From Alistipes sp. (GTDB lineage: Bacteria; Bacteroidota; Bacteroidia; Bacteroidales; Rikenellaceae), in NCBI GenBank assembly GCA_017630245.1, contig JAGBVQ010000151.1, positions 1 through 40,582 of the forward strand: a DNA stretch of 40,582 nucleotides, given 5' to 3'. Positions 19,401 through 29,365 of the stretch are shown in pieces. The notes beneath the pieces were generated by a model, which did no database searches, had not been told where the DNA came from, and worked only from the letters and a program-made list of their open reading frames with translations. Numbering within the stretch: the stretch's first letter is position 1; each line of letters starts with the position of its first letter. The position numbers and the translations under genes were made by a program.

Positions 19401-22400
19401 ATGAAACGAATTTTTAGATTCGTGCTTATGGTAGCCGCTTTGATGGCTATCGCTTGTACTGAGGATACGACGATCGATTCTCTTGTCGAGAACGATCTTG
19501 TGGAAGAGAATGAATATATAGGAGAGAGCGTGCGTCTTTCTCTCGATACAACACGTGCATCGCTCAACGGGCTCGATATGGCTTTCCAGCAGGGCGATGT
19601 TGTCAGTGTAAACGGAAAAAATATCTCGGTGCGTATCGACAAGAGCGGAGCATATCTGCTTGTGCCGAAGGCCGAGGATAATATATATCGTGCGGTATTT
19701 CCCGCAGAGGCTGCCGTTGCATTTATGGATGCAGGCAACTGTTCGTATGTTCACTCCAATATGCAGGTATATAGCCCTGGCTCGTTTGGTAAAGATGCGA
19801 TGTGTCTGGTGTCGTACCGCGACCTTAATGGCTCGCCTGAGGGTGGCGACATCACCTTCAATGCGATGCTTGGAGTGCTGAAACTGACTGTTAAAGGCGA
19901 TGCCGAGGTGCGCTCGATTCGCCTACAAAATAATGCTTTCAATAGCGCTGATGCTTCAACTGCAATGTCAGGTCGTACCCGTTTTGTGACGGCGAAAGGT
20001 ACGCTGCTCGGCGCAAACGTAATTGAGGATGCGCATCACGCTGCCCCCGCAGGCGCTTCGGGTATGACCGAGGATATTGTGTTGATGTGTAATGATACAA
20101 ACGGAACGGGTGTAAAACTCTCGCAAGAAGGTACCGACTTCTACTTTACCCTCTATCCGCGTGAGTACGCACAGGGCTTTACAGTGACAATCTCGGATAA
20201 TGACGGTAAGTCGCAGAAGTTCTCGACATCTGGCTCGACAACCGTGGCTGTGAATACTCTTGTTGAGATGCAACCGATGACTTATGCCCCCGATAAAGAC
20301 CTTATCTTCGCGGAAAGTTTTGATGTCTGTGTCTATGGTGGCGATTTGGTTGCATACCGCACAGGTAGCAACGTATGGCGAGGCCGCTTGCCGATTCATC
20401 GCGATGGCACGGTGGTCGAGGGTCTGCCGATTCTATCGACTCACACCGACCAAGATGGCTTGCAGCCCGGATACTACTACTCGAATTCCGCTATGGCAAA
20501 GTCGGGCGATGGCGTTACTCAACATAAGATTGTGACTCCGGGTCTTATCTTTGCGGACTATACTGAGGAGGGTACGGGATACTCTGCTACGATGGCGGAT
20601 GTGATCTCGGCAGGTAAGCTGCGAGTTACTCCCGAACTGCTCAATGTGCGCGGATTCAACGATTGGTATATAAGCCGTTGCATCGAGTATCACGGATACC
20701 TTGCAGTCGGTAACGAGAGAGCTCTGAACTCTACCTCGTCATTCAAGTTTAATATGAATCCCCTCGGAGTGCTTACGACTCCATATATGCCGATAAGTGG
20801 CTCGGTGGATGTTGAGGTATTCTTCGATATTGCTGCAGGTGACGGTGTGACCGGCTACTGCAAGAAGGATAGCCCCACTGCGAGCAACTCGTTCTACACT
20901 TTCCAACCCGATGCTACGGAGGCTGACGAGGCCAACAATATCTATTGGCGTGAGGATAAGTTCCGATTCTGCGTTGTCGGTGGTACAGGCCTGGCAACAA
21001 TTATTAAACTCGAATTTGTGGACGAGAATGGTGGTGTGATGGTAAAAGAGGACGGAACGCTGATGAGCTATGAGTCGAGCGGAAGCTATGTTGAGGTTCC
21101 CGAAAGCGACATTCCCGAAGAGTGGGCTCGCGTGAAGGTATTGGTGAAAAATGCCGATGATAAGACCCGATTCCGCTTCTACAACAATCAGGCAACTCGA
21201 TATATGACCTACCATATAGACAATATCGAGGTGCGTAGGGCAGACCTGAGCTATATTCCCGAAGATGCGAATGTGACCGGTACGGTGACTTGTGAGGGCC
21301 AGCCGATGCAGGGTGTAGTGGTGTCGGATGGCGAGCACGTAACTAAGACTGATGCAGAGGGTAGATACTATCTGCAGTCAGACCTCGAAACAACGAGTCA
21401 CGTATTTATCACTATCCCGTCGGGATATGAGATGACAGGTCGAAAGAATAACATCGCGCCTGCATTCTTCGCAGCCTTGAAGAATACCGAGACGGTACAG
21501 ATTTGCGACTTCCAGCTCAAAAAGGTCGATCAGACAAACTATACGATCCTCACTATGGCAGATTCGCACGTGCTGAAAGGCGCTGCAAACTTCGGTAGTA
21601 CCAATGATCGCACGTTATTTATGAACGAATTCCTGCCCAAGTGGAAATCATACGCTAATGAGTGTCTGGCTAAGGGGCCGGTGTATGGTATCCACCTCGG
21701 TGATATGACACAGCAAGCATATTGGAAGAAGAAGGTATCTATACTTGGATATACCTATACCTACGATAACTACTCGCTGGCGAGCTATTGTGCGGATCTT
21801 AAATCTTCGCCCGTACCCATATTCAGCGTAATGGGTAATCACGACCACGATATCCCGAAGTCGGGAACATTCGGCGAGGATGAGCAGCATCTTGCCCGCA
21901 AGAGCTTTACCTCGGCAGTAGGCCCGGCTTACTACTCGTTTGAAATTGGTACCGAGCACTATATCGTACTTGATAATGTTGTTATTATCAATAGCGATTC
22001 GGGTACGAATAACTATAACGACAATACTGCTACGGGCTACAAAGTCAAGATTGACTCCAAGCAGTTGCAGTGGTTGAAGGATGATGTGGCTCAGATTGAT
22101 CAGTCGAAGATTAAGGGTGTGGTAATCTGTACCCACTGCCAATTCTACTACGCAAACAAGGGCCTGGCTACGATTCGTGCGAATGAGGTTATGGCTGCTG
22201 TAAATAAGTTCCCGGTAACGCTGCTTGTCGGCCACTCGCACGTGTATCGCTACCTCGAAGCGAATACCCCGACCTACAGCAAGAGTGTTCGTGAGTACCT
22301 TACGCCAGCATTGATGGGTACGGCTTGGCACGATTCGATGACCTGTACCGATGGTACTCCCGCCTCGTTTGTCGCCTTTACGTTTAAGGATGGAAAGACA

Positions 22401-22850
22401 AGCTCTCACGAGGTTATTCCGTTTAGTAACCTCAATAAGGAACTTACACTTCGTGCATACGACAAGAATTCGGATTATACCATCACTGAGGGCTCGTTTA
22501 CTGCCAATAAACCAGAGAATGACGATGCAACGAAGAGTGCTCCTGCGGTGATTGTTAATGCGTGGGGTGCTAAGAGTGTGACCTTCCGTGAGTCTACGGG
22601 CGGAACAGGAGTTACCAAGCAGGGTGTATTCGATCCCTACTATCGCACTTGGTTCCACCAATCTTTGGCTTCGAGCGATAGAAACTCTATTCTCTGTAAT
22701 AAGACCTATCCCGACGGCCCGGGCTGGCAGCAACCATATAATAGTAACCATATCTGGAAGTATATCCCCTCCGACCCTTCGGCAAGTGTTACGGCAACCA
22801 TTACCGATGAGTTTGGCTCTACTCGTACCCTGACATTGCAGGCTAAGTAG
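19401..22850 (+). CDS. Lipoprotein: fimbrillin-like and beta-sandwich module fused to a calcineurin-like metallophosphoesterase
   Basis: Lipobox AIA-C; TTRASL; GVVVSDG...TKTDAEGRY (MetallophosN-like); DSH, GDMTQ, GNHDHD, H, GHSH metal motifs. Confidence 0.85.
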   Translation: MKRIFRFVLMVAALMAIACTEDTTIDSLVENDLVEENEYIGESVRLSLDTTRASLNGLDMAFQQGDVVSVNGKNISVRIDKSGAYLLVPKAEDNIYRAVFPAEAAVAFMDAGNCSYVHSNMQVYSPGSFGKDAMCLVSYRDLNGSPEGGDITFNAMLGVLKLTVKGDAEVRSIRLQNNAFNSADASTAMSGRTRFVTAKGTLLGANVIEDAHHAAPAGASGMTEDIVLMCNDTNGTGVKLSQEGTDFYFTLYPREYAQGFTVTISDNDGKSQKFSTSGSTTVAVNTLVEMQPMTYAPDKDLIFAESFDVCVYGGDLVAYRTGSNVWRGRLPIHRDGTVVEGLPILSTHTDQDGLQPGYYYSNSAMAKSGDGVTQHKIVTPGLIFADYTEEGTGYSATMADVISAGKLRVTPELLNVRGFNDWYISRCIEYHGYLAVGNERALNSTSSFKFNMNPLGVLTTPYMPISGSVDVEVFFDIAAGDGVTGYCKKDSPTASNSFYTFQPDATEADEANNIYWREDKFRFCVVGGTGLATIIKLEFVDENGGVMVKEDGTLMSYESSGSYVEVPESDIPEEWARVKVLVKNADDKTRFRFYNNQATRYMTYHIDNIEVRRADLSYIPEDANVTGTVTCEGQPMQGVVVSDGEHVTKTDAEGRYYLQSDLETTSHVFITIPSGYEMTGRKNNIAPAFFAALKNTETVQICDFQLKKVDQTNYTILTMADSHVLKGAANFGSTNDRTLFMNEFLPKWKSYANECLAKGPVYGIHLGDMTQQAYWKKKVSILGYTYTYDNYSLASYCADLKSSPVPIFSVMGNHDHDIPKSGTFGEDEQHLARKSFTSAVGPAYYSFEIGTEHYIVLDNVVIINSDSGTNNYNDNTATGYKVKIDSKQLQWLKDDVAQIDQSKIKGVVICTHCQFYYANKGLATIRANEVMAAVNKFPVTLLVGHSHVYRYLEANTPTYSKSVREYLTPALMGTAWHDSMTCTDGTPASFVAFTFKDGKTSSHEVIPFSNLNKELTLRAYDKNSDYTITEGSFTANKPENDDATKSAPAVIVNAWGAKSVTFRESTGGTGVTKQGVFDPYYRTWFHQSLASSDRNSILCNKTYPDGPGWQQPYNSNHIWKYIPSDPSASVTATITDEFGSTRTLTLQAK

Positions 22851-22883
22851 AGGAGGAGTGAGTTTAATAAAATTTTAATAGGA

Positions 22884-24557
22884 ATGCGAGTGAATAGACT
22901 ATATTTTTTGAAGCGTTTAGTAGCCGTTGTCTCGATGGCCGTGCTCTTTGTCGGATGTGTCGATGATAAGCCGGGCAATGGAGGTGACTCCGATAACGGC
23001 GAACTCTACGAAAAGGAGAACGCAACCATTATGGGAGTGGTTTCGTGCGACGGTAAGGGCGTGCAAGGCGTGGCCGTATCGGATGGCACGAATGTGACCA
23101 AGACCGATGCTTTTGGCCGTTATTGGCTTCCGAGTAATATCACTCACCACGAATTTAATTTTGTCCACATCTCGATTCCGTCGGGTTATGAGCCGGTGCA
23201 AAGAAAGGGTATAGCCTCGGCTTATTGGGCTGAGATCGATAAGACGGCGTCCTATGCTCAGCAGATAGACTTCACGCTGCGCAAGGTCGATCAGTCTAAC
23301 TATACGTTGCTGGTTATTGCCGACTCGCACGTTCTGGGAGGTCACGGCAAGTTCCAGGCAGATGATGACTGCACACTCTACCGCGAGAGTTTCCTGCCCA
23401 AGTGGCGCTCGTATGCCGAGCAGTGTAAGGCTCAAGGCCCTGTTTATGGCGTACACGCCGGCGATATGACCCAGAGCGAGGCGTGGAAGAAGTACTCGAT
23501 CGCCAACTTTAGGGATGATACTACAGGTGAGATCCCAATCTTCTGTGCTATGGGTAACCACGACCACGACAATCCTAAGGATCTGGGGTTGGCATCCTGC
23601 TCGGATGAGACGCAGTACCTCACACGTAAGACCTATACTGCAGCGTTGGGCCCTGCATACTACTCTTTTAACCTTGGTACGGAGCACTATGTTGTGCTGG
23701 ATGATACATTTATTGAGAGTAATAACTCGGGTGGTTATCTCTGCAAACTCGATTCTCGCCAGATGGCTTGGTTGCGCAAAGATATCCAGGCTATCGACAA
23801 GAGGGTGATCAAGGGTATCGTTATCGTGCAGCATATCCCGATGTTCAACGCTAACGGCAAGGTTGCGATGGAGAATGGCGATCGTGTGATGGATATCTTC
23901 CGCGACTATCCGCTCACATTCCTTATCGGTCACTCGCATATGGACCGCACGGTTAAGACCCAGACCCCGAAGGGCAAGCCCGTATGGGAGTTTGTACACC
24001 CCTCGTTGGCAGGAACGGCGTGGTTTACGCTGAAGAATACCGAGGGTACTCCTGCGGCATTTTGTGCCTACCAATTCAACGATGGCGTGGGCGTAAAGCG
24101 AACCTACGTTCCCTTTGGTGAGAATGAGAACCTGCAGTATAGAGTCTACTCGAGCGTGGCGAGTGTAGGCATCAGCGATGCTTGGAGCTACGCAATTACC
24201 GAAAAGACGGGTAAGCGTTGGAGCATCGAACTCGATGCGGAGGTAGCCTCTGCGTCGGATCGCCCTGCGGTGCTGATAAATTGGTGGGGTGCGGCTCGCG
24301 TAGAGTTTATGGGTGAGGGTACGGTTACTCTGCCCGGAATCTACGACCTTACCTACCGAGATTGGTATTGGCAGGCGTTGAAAACGGGCGGTATCGGCAA
24401 GAACGCCGATGGCACGGGAGCCTCGTGGCAGAATCCCTCGAAGAACACGACCCATATCTGGCAGTATCTGCCAAATAATGCTACGGTGCCTGTGATTGTC
24501 GAAGCGTATGACGCCTACGATAACAGCCTCGGCCGTTTTATGGTCTACATAAAGTAA
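22884..24557 (+). CDS. Calcineurin-like metallophosphoesterase lipoprotein
   Basis: Lipobox FVG-C; GVAVSDG; DSH, GDMTQ, GNHDHD, QHIP, GHSH, EGTP. Confidence 0.9.
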   Translation: MRVNRLYFLKRLVAVVSMAVLFVGCVDDKPGNGGDSDNGELYEKENATIMGVVSCDGKGVQGVAVSDGTNVTKTDAFGRYWLPSNITHHEFNFVHISIPSGYEPVQRKGIASAYWAEIDKTASYAQQIDFTLRKVDQSNYTLLVIADSHVLGGHGKFQADDDCTLYRESFLPKWRSYAEQCKAQGPVYGVHAGDMTQSEAWKKYSIANFRDDTTGEIPIFCAMGNHDHDNPKDLGLASCSDETQYLTRKTYTAALGPAYYSFNLGTEHYVVLDDTFIESNNSGGYLCKLDSRQMAWLRKDIQAIDKRVIKGIVIVQHIPMFNANGKVAMENGDRVMDIFRDYPLTFLIGHSHMDRTVKTQTPKGKPVWEFVHPSLAGTAWFTLKNTEGTPAAFCAYQFNDGVGVKRTYVPFGENENLQYRVYSSVASVGISDAWSYAITEKTGKRWSIELDAEVASASDRPAVLINWWGAARVEFMGEGTVTLPGIYDLTYRDWYWQALKTGGIGKNADGTGASWQNPSKNTTHIWQYLPNNATVPVIVEAYDAYDNSLGRFMVYIK

Positions 24558-24594
24558 GAATACAACAATAATAATAACTTAAACTATTTACACA

Positions 24595-26238
24595 ATGAAA
24601 CCTATCAAATTTTCTGTTACGCTGCTTATGGTGCTCCTTCTGGGCATCGGTACGCTGTCGGCAGCCGAGACTTCAGTGGTAAAGGGTCGCGTGTTGTGCA
24701 GTGGCAGTGGCGTTGAGGGTGTTTTGGTCAGTGATGGCCACAACGTAGTAAAGACCGACAAGAACGGTGCTTACGAATTGAATGTAGATTTGAGCGAGAG
24801 CGACTTCGTGCATATCTCGGTGCCCTCGGGCTACGAGGTTGAGCGCAAGGGTAACTATCCGCTCTTCTGGGGTCGTCTTGATACTAAGGCTACCGGTGCG
24901 CAGACCTTCGATTTTAACCTTACAAAGGTAGATCAGTCGGTCTATACGCTTCTTACTATGGCAGATACACACGTCTGCGGTGGAGTGAATCGTCGAGCAA
25001 ATGCCGATGAGGTTCAGCTCTATAGTAGCGAGTTGATGCCGACGCTGCGTGAGTGTGTAGCTGGCGCAGAGGGTCGCACCTATATCATCACTTTGGGTGA
25101 TATGACTCAGGTTGGCTATCGTCCCTCGTACCGTGAGGGCAAGGAGGGTGCAGGCTATAGCTTTACTGACTATATGCGTGATACCAATGTAGACGTGCCT
25201 ATTTTCAATGTTATTGGTAACCACGACCACGATATTCCCAAAAAGGGTACAGCCTTCACAGAGTCTACTATTCGTGGCTCGCGCCGTGATTATCACGCGG
25301 AGCTCGGTCCGGTATACTACTCGATGACCATCGGTCGCGAGCACTATATTATTCTTGATAATACCTTCGTGCTTACTTCGGATGCTCACGGTACGACCGA
25401 TGAGAAGGCAACTAAAGGTAATCAGGTGAGATTGTGTAACGCTCAGGTCGAGTGGCTCAAGAAGCATATGGCGGCTGTCGATCGTTCGACCTTTGATCGT
25501 ATTGTACTCTGTATGCACTGCCCGCTGCTTAATACCAATGGCGGATTTGCGATGATGCGTCCTCACCAGATTATGGAGCCTACTGCAGGTTGCGAGATGG
25601 TGGTCCTTATTGGTCACTCTCACCGCGATCGTACGGTGAGAAGTTGGCATAACGGCCGCGTGATATATGAGTTCCTCCACCCCTCGACTGCAGGTGTAGC
25701 GTGGTATTCGCCCATCAACACCGAAGGTACGCCGGGTGCTGTTGTGTCGTATAAGTTCAAGGGTAAGACCTTCGAGCGCAAGTACCATCCTTACGGCTCG
25801 CAGAAGGGTGTGCAGTATCGTGTCTATGATAATGCAGACCACGCGTGGAAATATCCTATCAATGAGATTACAGGCTCGTATTGGAGCTACGCTCGCGAGG
25901 TTGAGAATGGATACCATAAGCATAAGCCTGCAATCCTTGTGAATATCTGGGGTGCATACTCTTGTACCTTTACCGAGTCGACAGGCGGTAAGGGTGTGAC
26001 TACGAAAGATTGTTACGATTTGGCCTACCGCGATTGGTATTGGGAGACTTACGAGAAGAGCCTTTGCGGTGAGATTCCGGAGGGTCAGATGTTGCGTAAG
26101 GCAAATTGGCAGACTCCGAGCAAGAGCAACTGTGCTTGGAGATATGTTCCTGCCGATCCGACAGCCGTGGTGACAGTTACTGCCAAGGATGTCTTCGGTA
26201 ATGTGGTTGCTCAGTTCACTGCTCGTGCAAGCAAATAA
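24595..26238 (+). CDS. Calcineurin-like metallophosphoesterase, secreted (SPI)
   Basis: Signal peptide ending LSA-A; GVLVSDG; DTH, GDMTQ, GNHDHD, MHCP, GHSH, EGTP. Confidence 0.9.
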   Translation: MKPIKFSVTLLMVLLLGIGTLSAAETSVVKGRVLCSGSGVEGVLVSDGHNVVKTDKNGAYELNVDLSESDFVHISVPSGYEVERKGNYPLFWGRLDTKATGAQTFDFNLTKVDQSVYTLLTMADTHVCGGVNRRANADEVQLYSSELMPTLRECVAGAEGRTYIITLGDMTQVGYRPSYREGKEGAGYSFTDYMRDTNVDVPIFNVIGNHDHDIPKKGTAFTESTIRGSRRDYHAELGPVYYSMTIGREHYIILDNTFVLTSDAHGTTDEKATKGNQVRLCNAQVEWLKKHMAAVDRSTFDRIVLCMHCPLLNTNGGFAMMRPHQIMEPTAGCEMVVLIGHSHRDRTVRSWHNGRVIYEFLHPSTAGVAWYSPINTEGTPGAVVSYKFKGKTFERKYHPYGSQKGVQYRVYDNADHAWKYPINEITGSYWSYAREVENGYHKHKPAILVNIWGAYSCTFTESTGGKGVTTKDCYDLAYRDWYWETYEKSLCGEIPEGQMLRKANWQTPSKSNCAWRYVPADPTAVVTVTAKDVFGNVVAQFTARASK

Positions 26239-26260
26239 TTAAACTAAAAATATATACCTA

Positions 26261-29200
26261 ATGAAACAATTTCTACAATTCAGAGAGCACTTTGCCTCAG
26301 TGCTGCTTCGCGCGACGATGTTGGTTGCGCTACTCTTCGGAGTGGTGAGCCACGCCTCGGCGCAGAGTCAGGTGACAGGTAAGGTGACCGACAAAGATGG
26401 TCTGCCGCTTATCGGTGCAACCGTCGTTGTCTCTGGCACAACTAATGGTGTGCTTACTGACCAGAATGGTAAGTATGCAATCCATGTACCATCAAAAGAG
26501 AGTATTCTTGAGATTGAGTATCTCGGTTATGCAGGTCAGAAGGTTATGGTCGGTACAAAGACCGTGATTGACGTGATTCTTCAGTCTGATACTCAGGTGG
26601 TTGAGGAGGTTGTCGTGATCGGTTATGGTGAGACCAAGAAGAGTGACCTTACCGGTTCGGTAACCAACGTTAAAATGGGCGATGTGAAGGATGCTCCGGT
26701 ATCTTCGATTGACCAGGCTCTGCAGGGTCGTGTTGCCGGTGCCGACATTATGTCAACATCGGGTGACCCGACCGCAGCAACCTCTATCCGTATCCGTGGT
26801 ACACGTTCGATTACAGCATCGAACGAGCCGTTGATCGTTGTCGATGGTATTATCGACGCGGTGCAGGATATGGGTGATATTAACCCCGCCGATATTGAGT
26901 CTATCTCGGTTTTGAAGGATGCTTCATCGACTGCAATCTACGGTGCGCAGGGTTCGAACGGTGTAATCATCGTTACAACCAAGAAGGGCGCTCCGACGGT
27001 GACCAAGCCCAATATCGTCTTCGGTACTAATCTCGGTTTCTCGATGCTTGCGCGTAATCTCGATACGATGACCGCATCGGAGTTTGCGCAGTACCGCGTC
27101 GAGGTGGATGAGTATAACGCAAAGTATGCAGCAACCAATCTGCCGAGCGGAACATATCGTGACCCTGAATCAAAGGGTAAGGGTACCAACTGGATCAATC
27201 AGATTACCCGCATCGCTCCCTATCAGAACTATTGGGTATCGATTTCGGGACGTACGAAGACCACCAACTATTGGGGCTCGATTTCGTATACCGATATGCA
27301 GGGTATCGTACTCGATTCGGGTAACCAGAAGGTGTTTGCTCGTTTCAATGTAGGCCATCAGTTCAACAAGTGGTTCAAGGTTGACTTCTCGACCAATACG
27401 ATGTATCGTCGCGATATGTGGAATAAGGCTGCTATTGGTGGTTCGAACTATTGGACAGGTGCCACATACCTCAACCCGATGTTGGACGGCTCGTCGACTG
27501 TGAATGACCTCTACCAGAACGGTACTCGCTTCAACAACCCCTACATCACTCTGCAGTTGAATACCAACTACCGTGAGGGCTTCTCGTCGACTAATACAGC
27601 GACATTTACATTTACTCCGGTTAAGGGATTGACCATCAAGAATATGGTTTCGTACTACTTGTGGCAGTCGCACAACTATCGCTACTATCCTTCGACACTG
27701 CCTATGAAGAATGATGGTGACGGAGGTGAGGCATACCGTCTTGAGCACGATGATCGTCAGATCAGCTCGGATCACACTATTCATTACAAGAAGGATTGGA
27801 ATGGTGGTCACCACTTCGATATTATGGGCGGTTTCTCGACATTCTATAAGTTCCAGAATGAGATTTCGGTAGATGCGAAGGGTCTGTTGGTTGATGACGT
27901 TATGTGGAACAACCTGAGCGGTATCCAGAGTAAGGAGAACTATACCGTAGGCTCTTGGAATACACGCATTGCCCGTATGTCGGTGTTGGCTCGTATCAAC
28001 TATAACTACCAGAAGCGTTTCTACTTCACCTTCACGGGTCGTGGTGACGGTGCTTCGAACTTTGCGGCAAATCGCAAGTGGGGATTCTTCCCGTCAGGAG
28101 CATTTAAGTGGAATATGGCAAATGAGACTTGGCTCAAGTCGAACCGCCATATTGACGAACTCTCAATTCGTCTGTCGGCAGGTCGTACGGGTAACAACGC
28201 TATCAAGGCTTACCGCTCGTTGGGAGCATTGAGCTCGTCGACCGGAGGTTATATCTTCGATGGCTCGCAGGCAACAATCTACTATCCCGACCGTTTGGCA
28301 TCGGAGAACCTGACCTGGGAGACTACCGACCTCTACAACGCAGCGCTCGATATGGCCTTCTTGAACAATCGACTCAAAATTACGGCCGAGGGTTATATCA
28401 GCAACACTAAGGACTTGTTGCTCTATGTGCAACGTGCTAACCACACCGGTTATGCTTCGTTCCTCGAAAATATCGGTAGAACATCTAATAAGGGTGTTGA
28501 GCTTACTATCGAGAGCCGCAACATTGTACACCAGAAGTTCTCGTGGACTACAGCCTTCACTATCTCGCACAACAAGCAGATGGTAGAGGATATCGGCTCT
28601 GAGGATTATGTTGTAGCGATGAGTTCGCCGGGTAACGGTTCGCAGATGATGTATGGTTACGTTAAGGGCCGTCCGCTCAATGCCTTGTGGGGCTATGAGT
28701 ATGGTGGCGTATGGAAGTCGACTGAAGAGATTGAGCGTAACCAGATTACTAAGGCTTATGCAGATCCCTCGACAAATGTACGTCCGGGTAAGGCTCGTTA
28801 TGTGGACCAGAACCACGATGGTATCCTCGATCAGCAGGACCTCGTATATCTGGGTAATGCCGACCCGATTATCTATGGTGGTCTGCAAAATACATTCAAT
28901 ATCGGTCGCCTGCGCTTAGGTGTATACTTCAACTACTCGTTGGGCGGTAAGATCTACAACTATTCGGAGTTCTATATGTCGGGTTCGTATATGACCAACC
29001 AGTATCGTTATATGATGAATGCTTGGCATCCCGATCGTAACCCCAACTCGAATTATCCGGCTGCGGGTTCGGTGGAGGTACACGTTCCGAGCTCGTTGCA
29101 GGTACACGATGCATCTTACTTGCGTTTGAAGAGCCTAAGCCTTGGTTATACGTTTGACCTGCGCAAGAAGGTTAATTGGCTTCGCGAGATTAGCGTGGCA

Positions 29201-29353
29201 TTCAATGCCGAGAACGTATGGTTGTGGTCGAAGTATAATGGTTTCGACCCCGACGTTTCGACATCGAGCGGCGACTCGACTCTGCGTCGTGTCGATATGG
29301 GTGCATACCCCCGCGCAAGAACATTTACATTTAATCTCCAAATCAAGTACTAA
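26261..29353 (+). CDS. susC: SusC/RagA family TonB-dependent transporter
   Basis: EEVVVIGYG, LTGSV, IRIRGTRS, PLIVVDG, INPADIESISVLKDASSTAIYGAQGSNGVIIVTTKKG, NLTWETT, DASYLRLK, YPRARTF. Confidence 0.97.
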   Translation: MKQFLQFREHFASVLLRATMLVALLFGVVSHASAQSQVTGKVTDKDGLPLIGATVVVSGTTNGVLTDQNGKYAIHVPSKESILEIEYLGYAGQKVMVGTKTVIDVILQSDTQVVEEVVVIGYGETKKSDLTGSVTNVKMGDVKDAPVSSIDQALQGRVAGADIMSTSGDPTAATSIRIRGTRSITASNEPLIVVDGIIDAVQDMGDINPADIESISVLKDASSTAIYGAQGSNGVIIVTTKKGAPTVTKPNIVFGTNLGFSMLARNLDTMTASEFAQYRVEVDEYNAKYAATNLPSGTYRDPESKGKGTNWINQITRIAPYQNYWVSISGRTKTTNYWGSISYTDMQGIVLDSGNQKVFARFNVGHQFNKWFKVDFSTNTMYRRDMWNKAAIGGSNYWTGATYLNPMLDGSSTVNDLYQNGTRFNNPYITLQLNTNYREGFSSTNTATFTFTPVKGLTIKNMVSYYLWQSHNYRYYPSTLPMKNDGDGGEAYRLEHDDRQISSDHTIHYKKDWNGGHHFDIMGGFSTFYKFQNEISVDAKGLLVDDVMWNNLSGIQSKENYTVGSWNTRIARMSVLARINYNYQKRFYFTFTGRGDGASNFAANRKWGFFPSGAFKWNMANETWLKSNRHIDELSIRLSAGRTGNNAIKAYRSLGALSSSTGGYIFDGSQATIYYPDRLASENLTWETTDLYNAALDMAFLNNRLKITAEGYISNTKDLLLYVQRANHTGYASFLENIGRTSNKGVELTIESRNIVHQKFSWTTAFTISHNKQMVEDIGSEDYVVAMSSPGNGSQMMYGYVKGRPLNALWGYEYGGVWKSTEEIERNQITKAYADPSTNVRPGKARYVDQNHDGILDQQDLVYLGNADPIIYGGLQNTFNIGRLRLGVYFNYSLGGKIYNYSEFYMSGSYMTNQYRYMMNAWHPDRNPNSNYPAAGSVEVHVPSSLQVHDASYLRLKSLSLGYTFDLRKKVNWLREISVAFNAENVWLWSKYNGFDPDVSTSSGDSTLRRVDMGAYPRARTFTFNLQIKY

Positions 29354-29365
29354 ACGAAAACCGAT

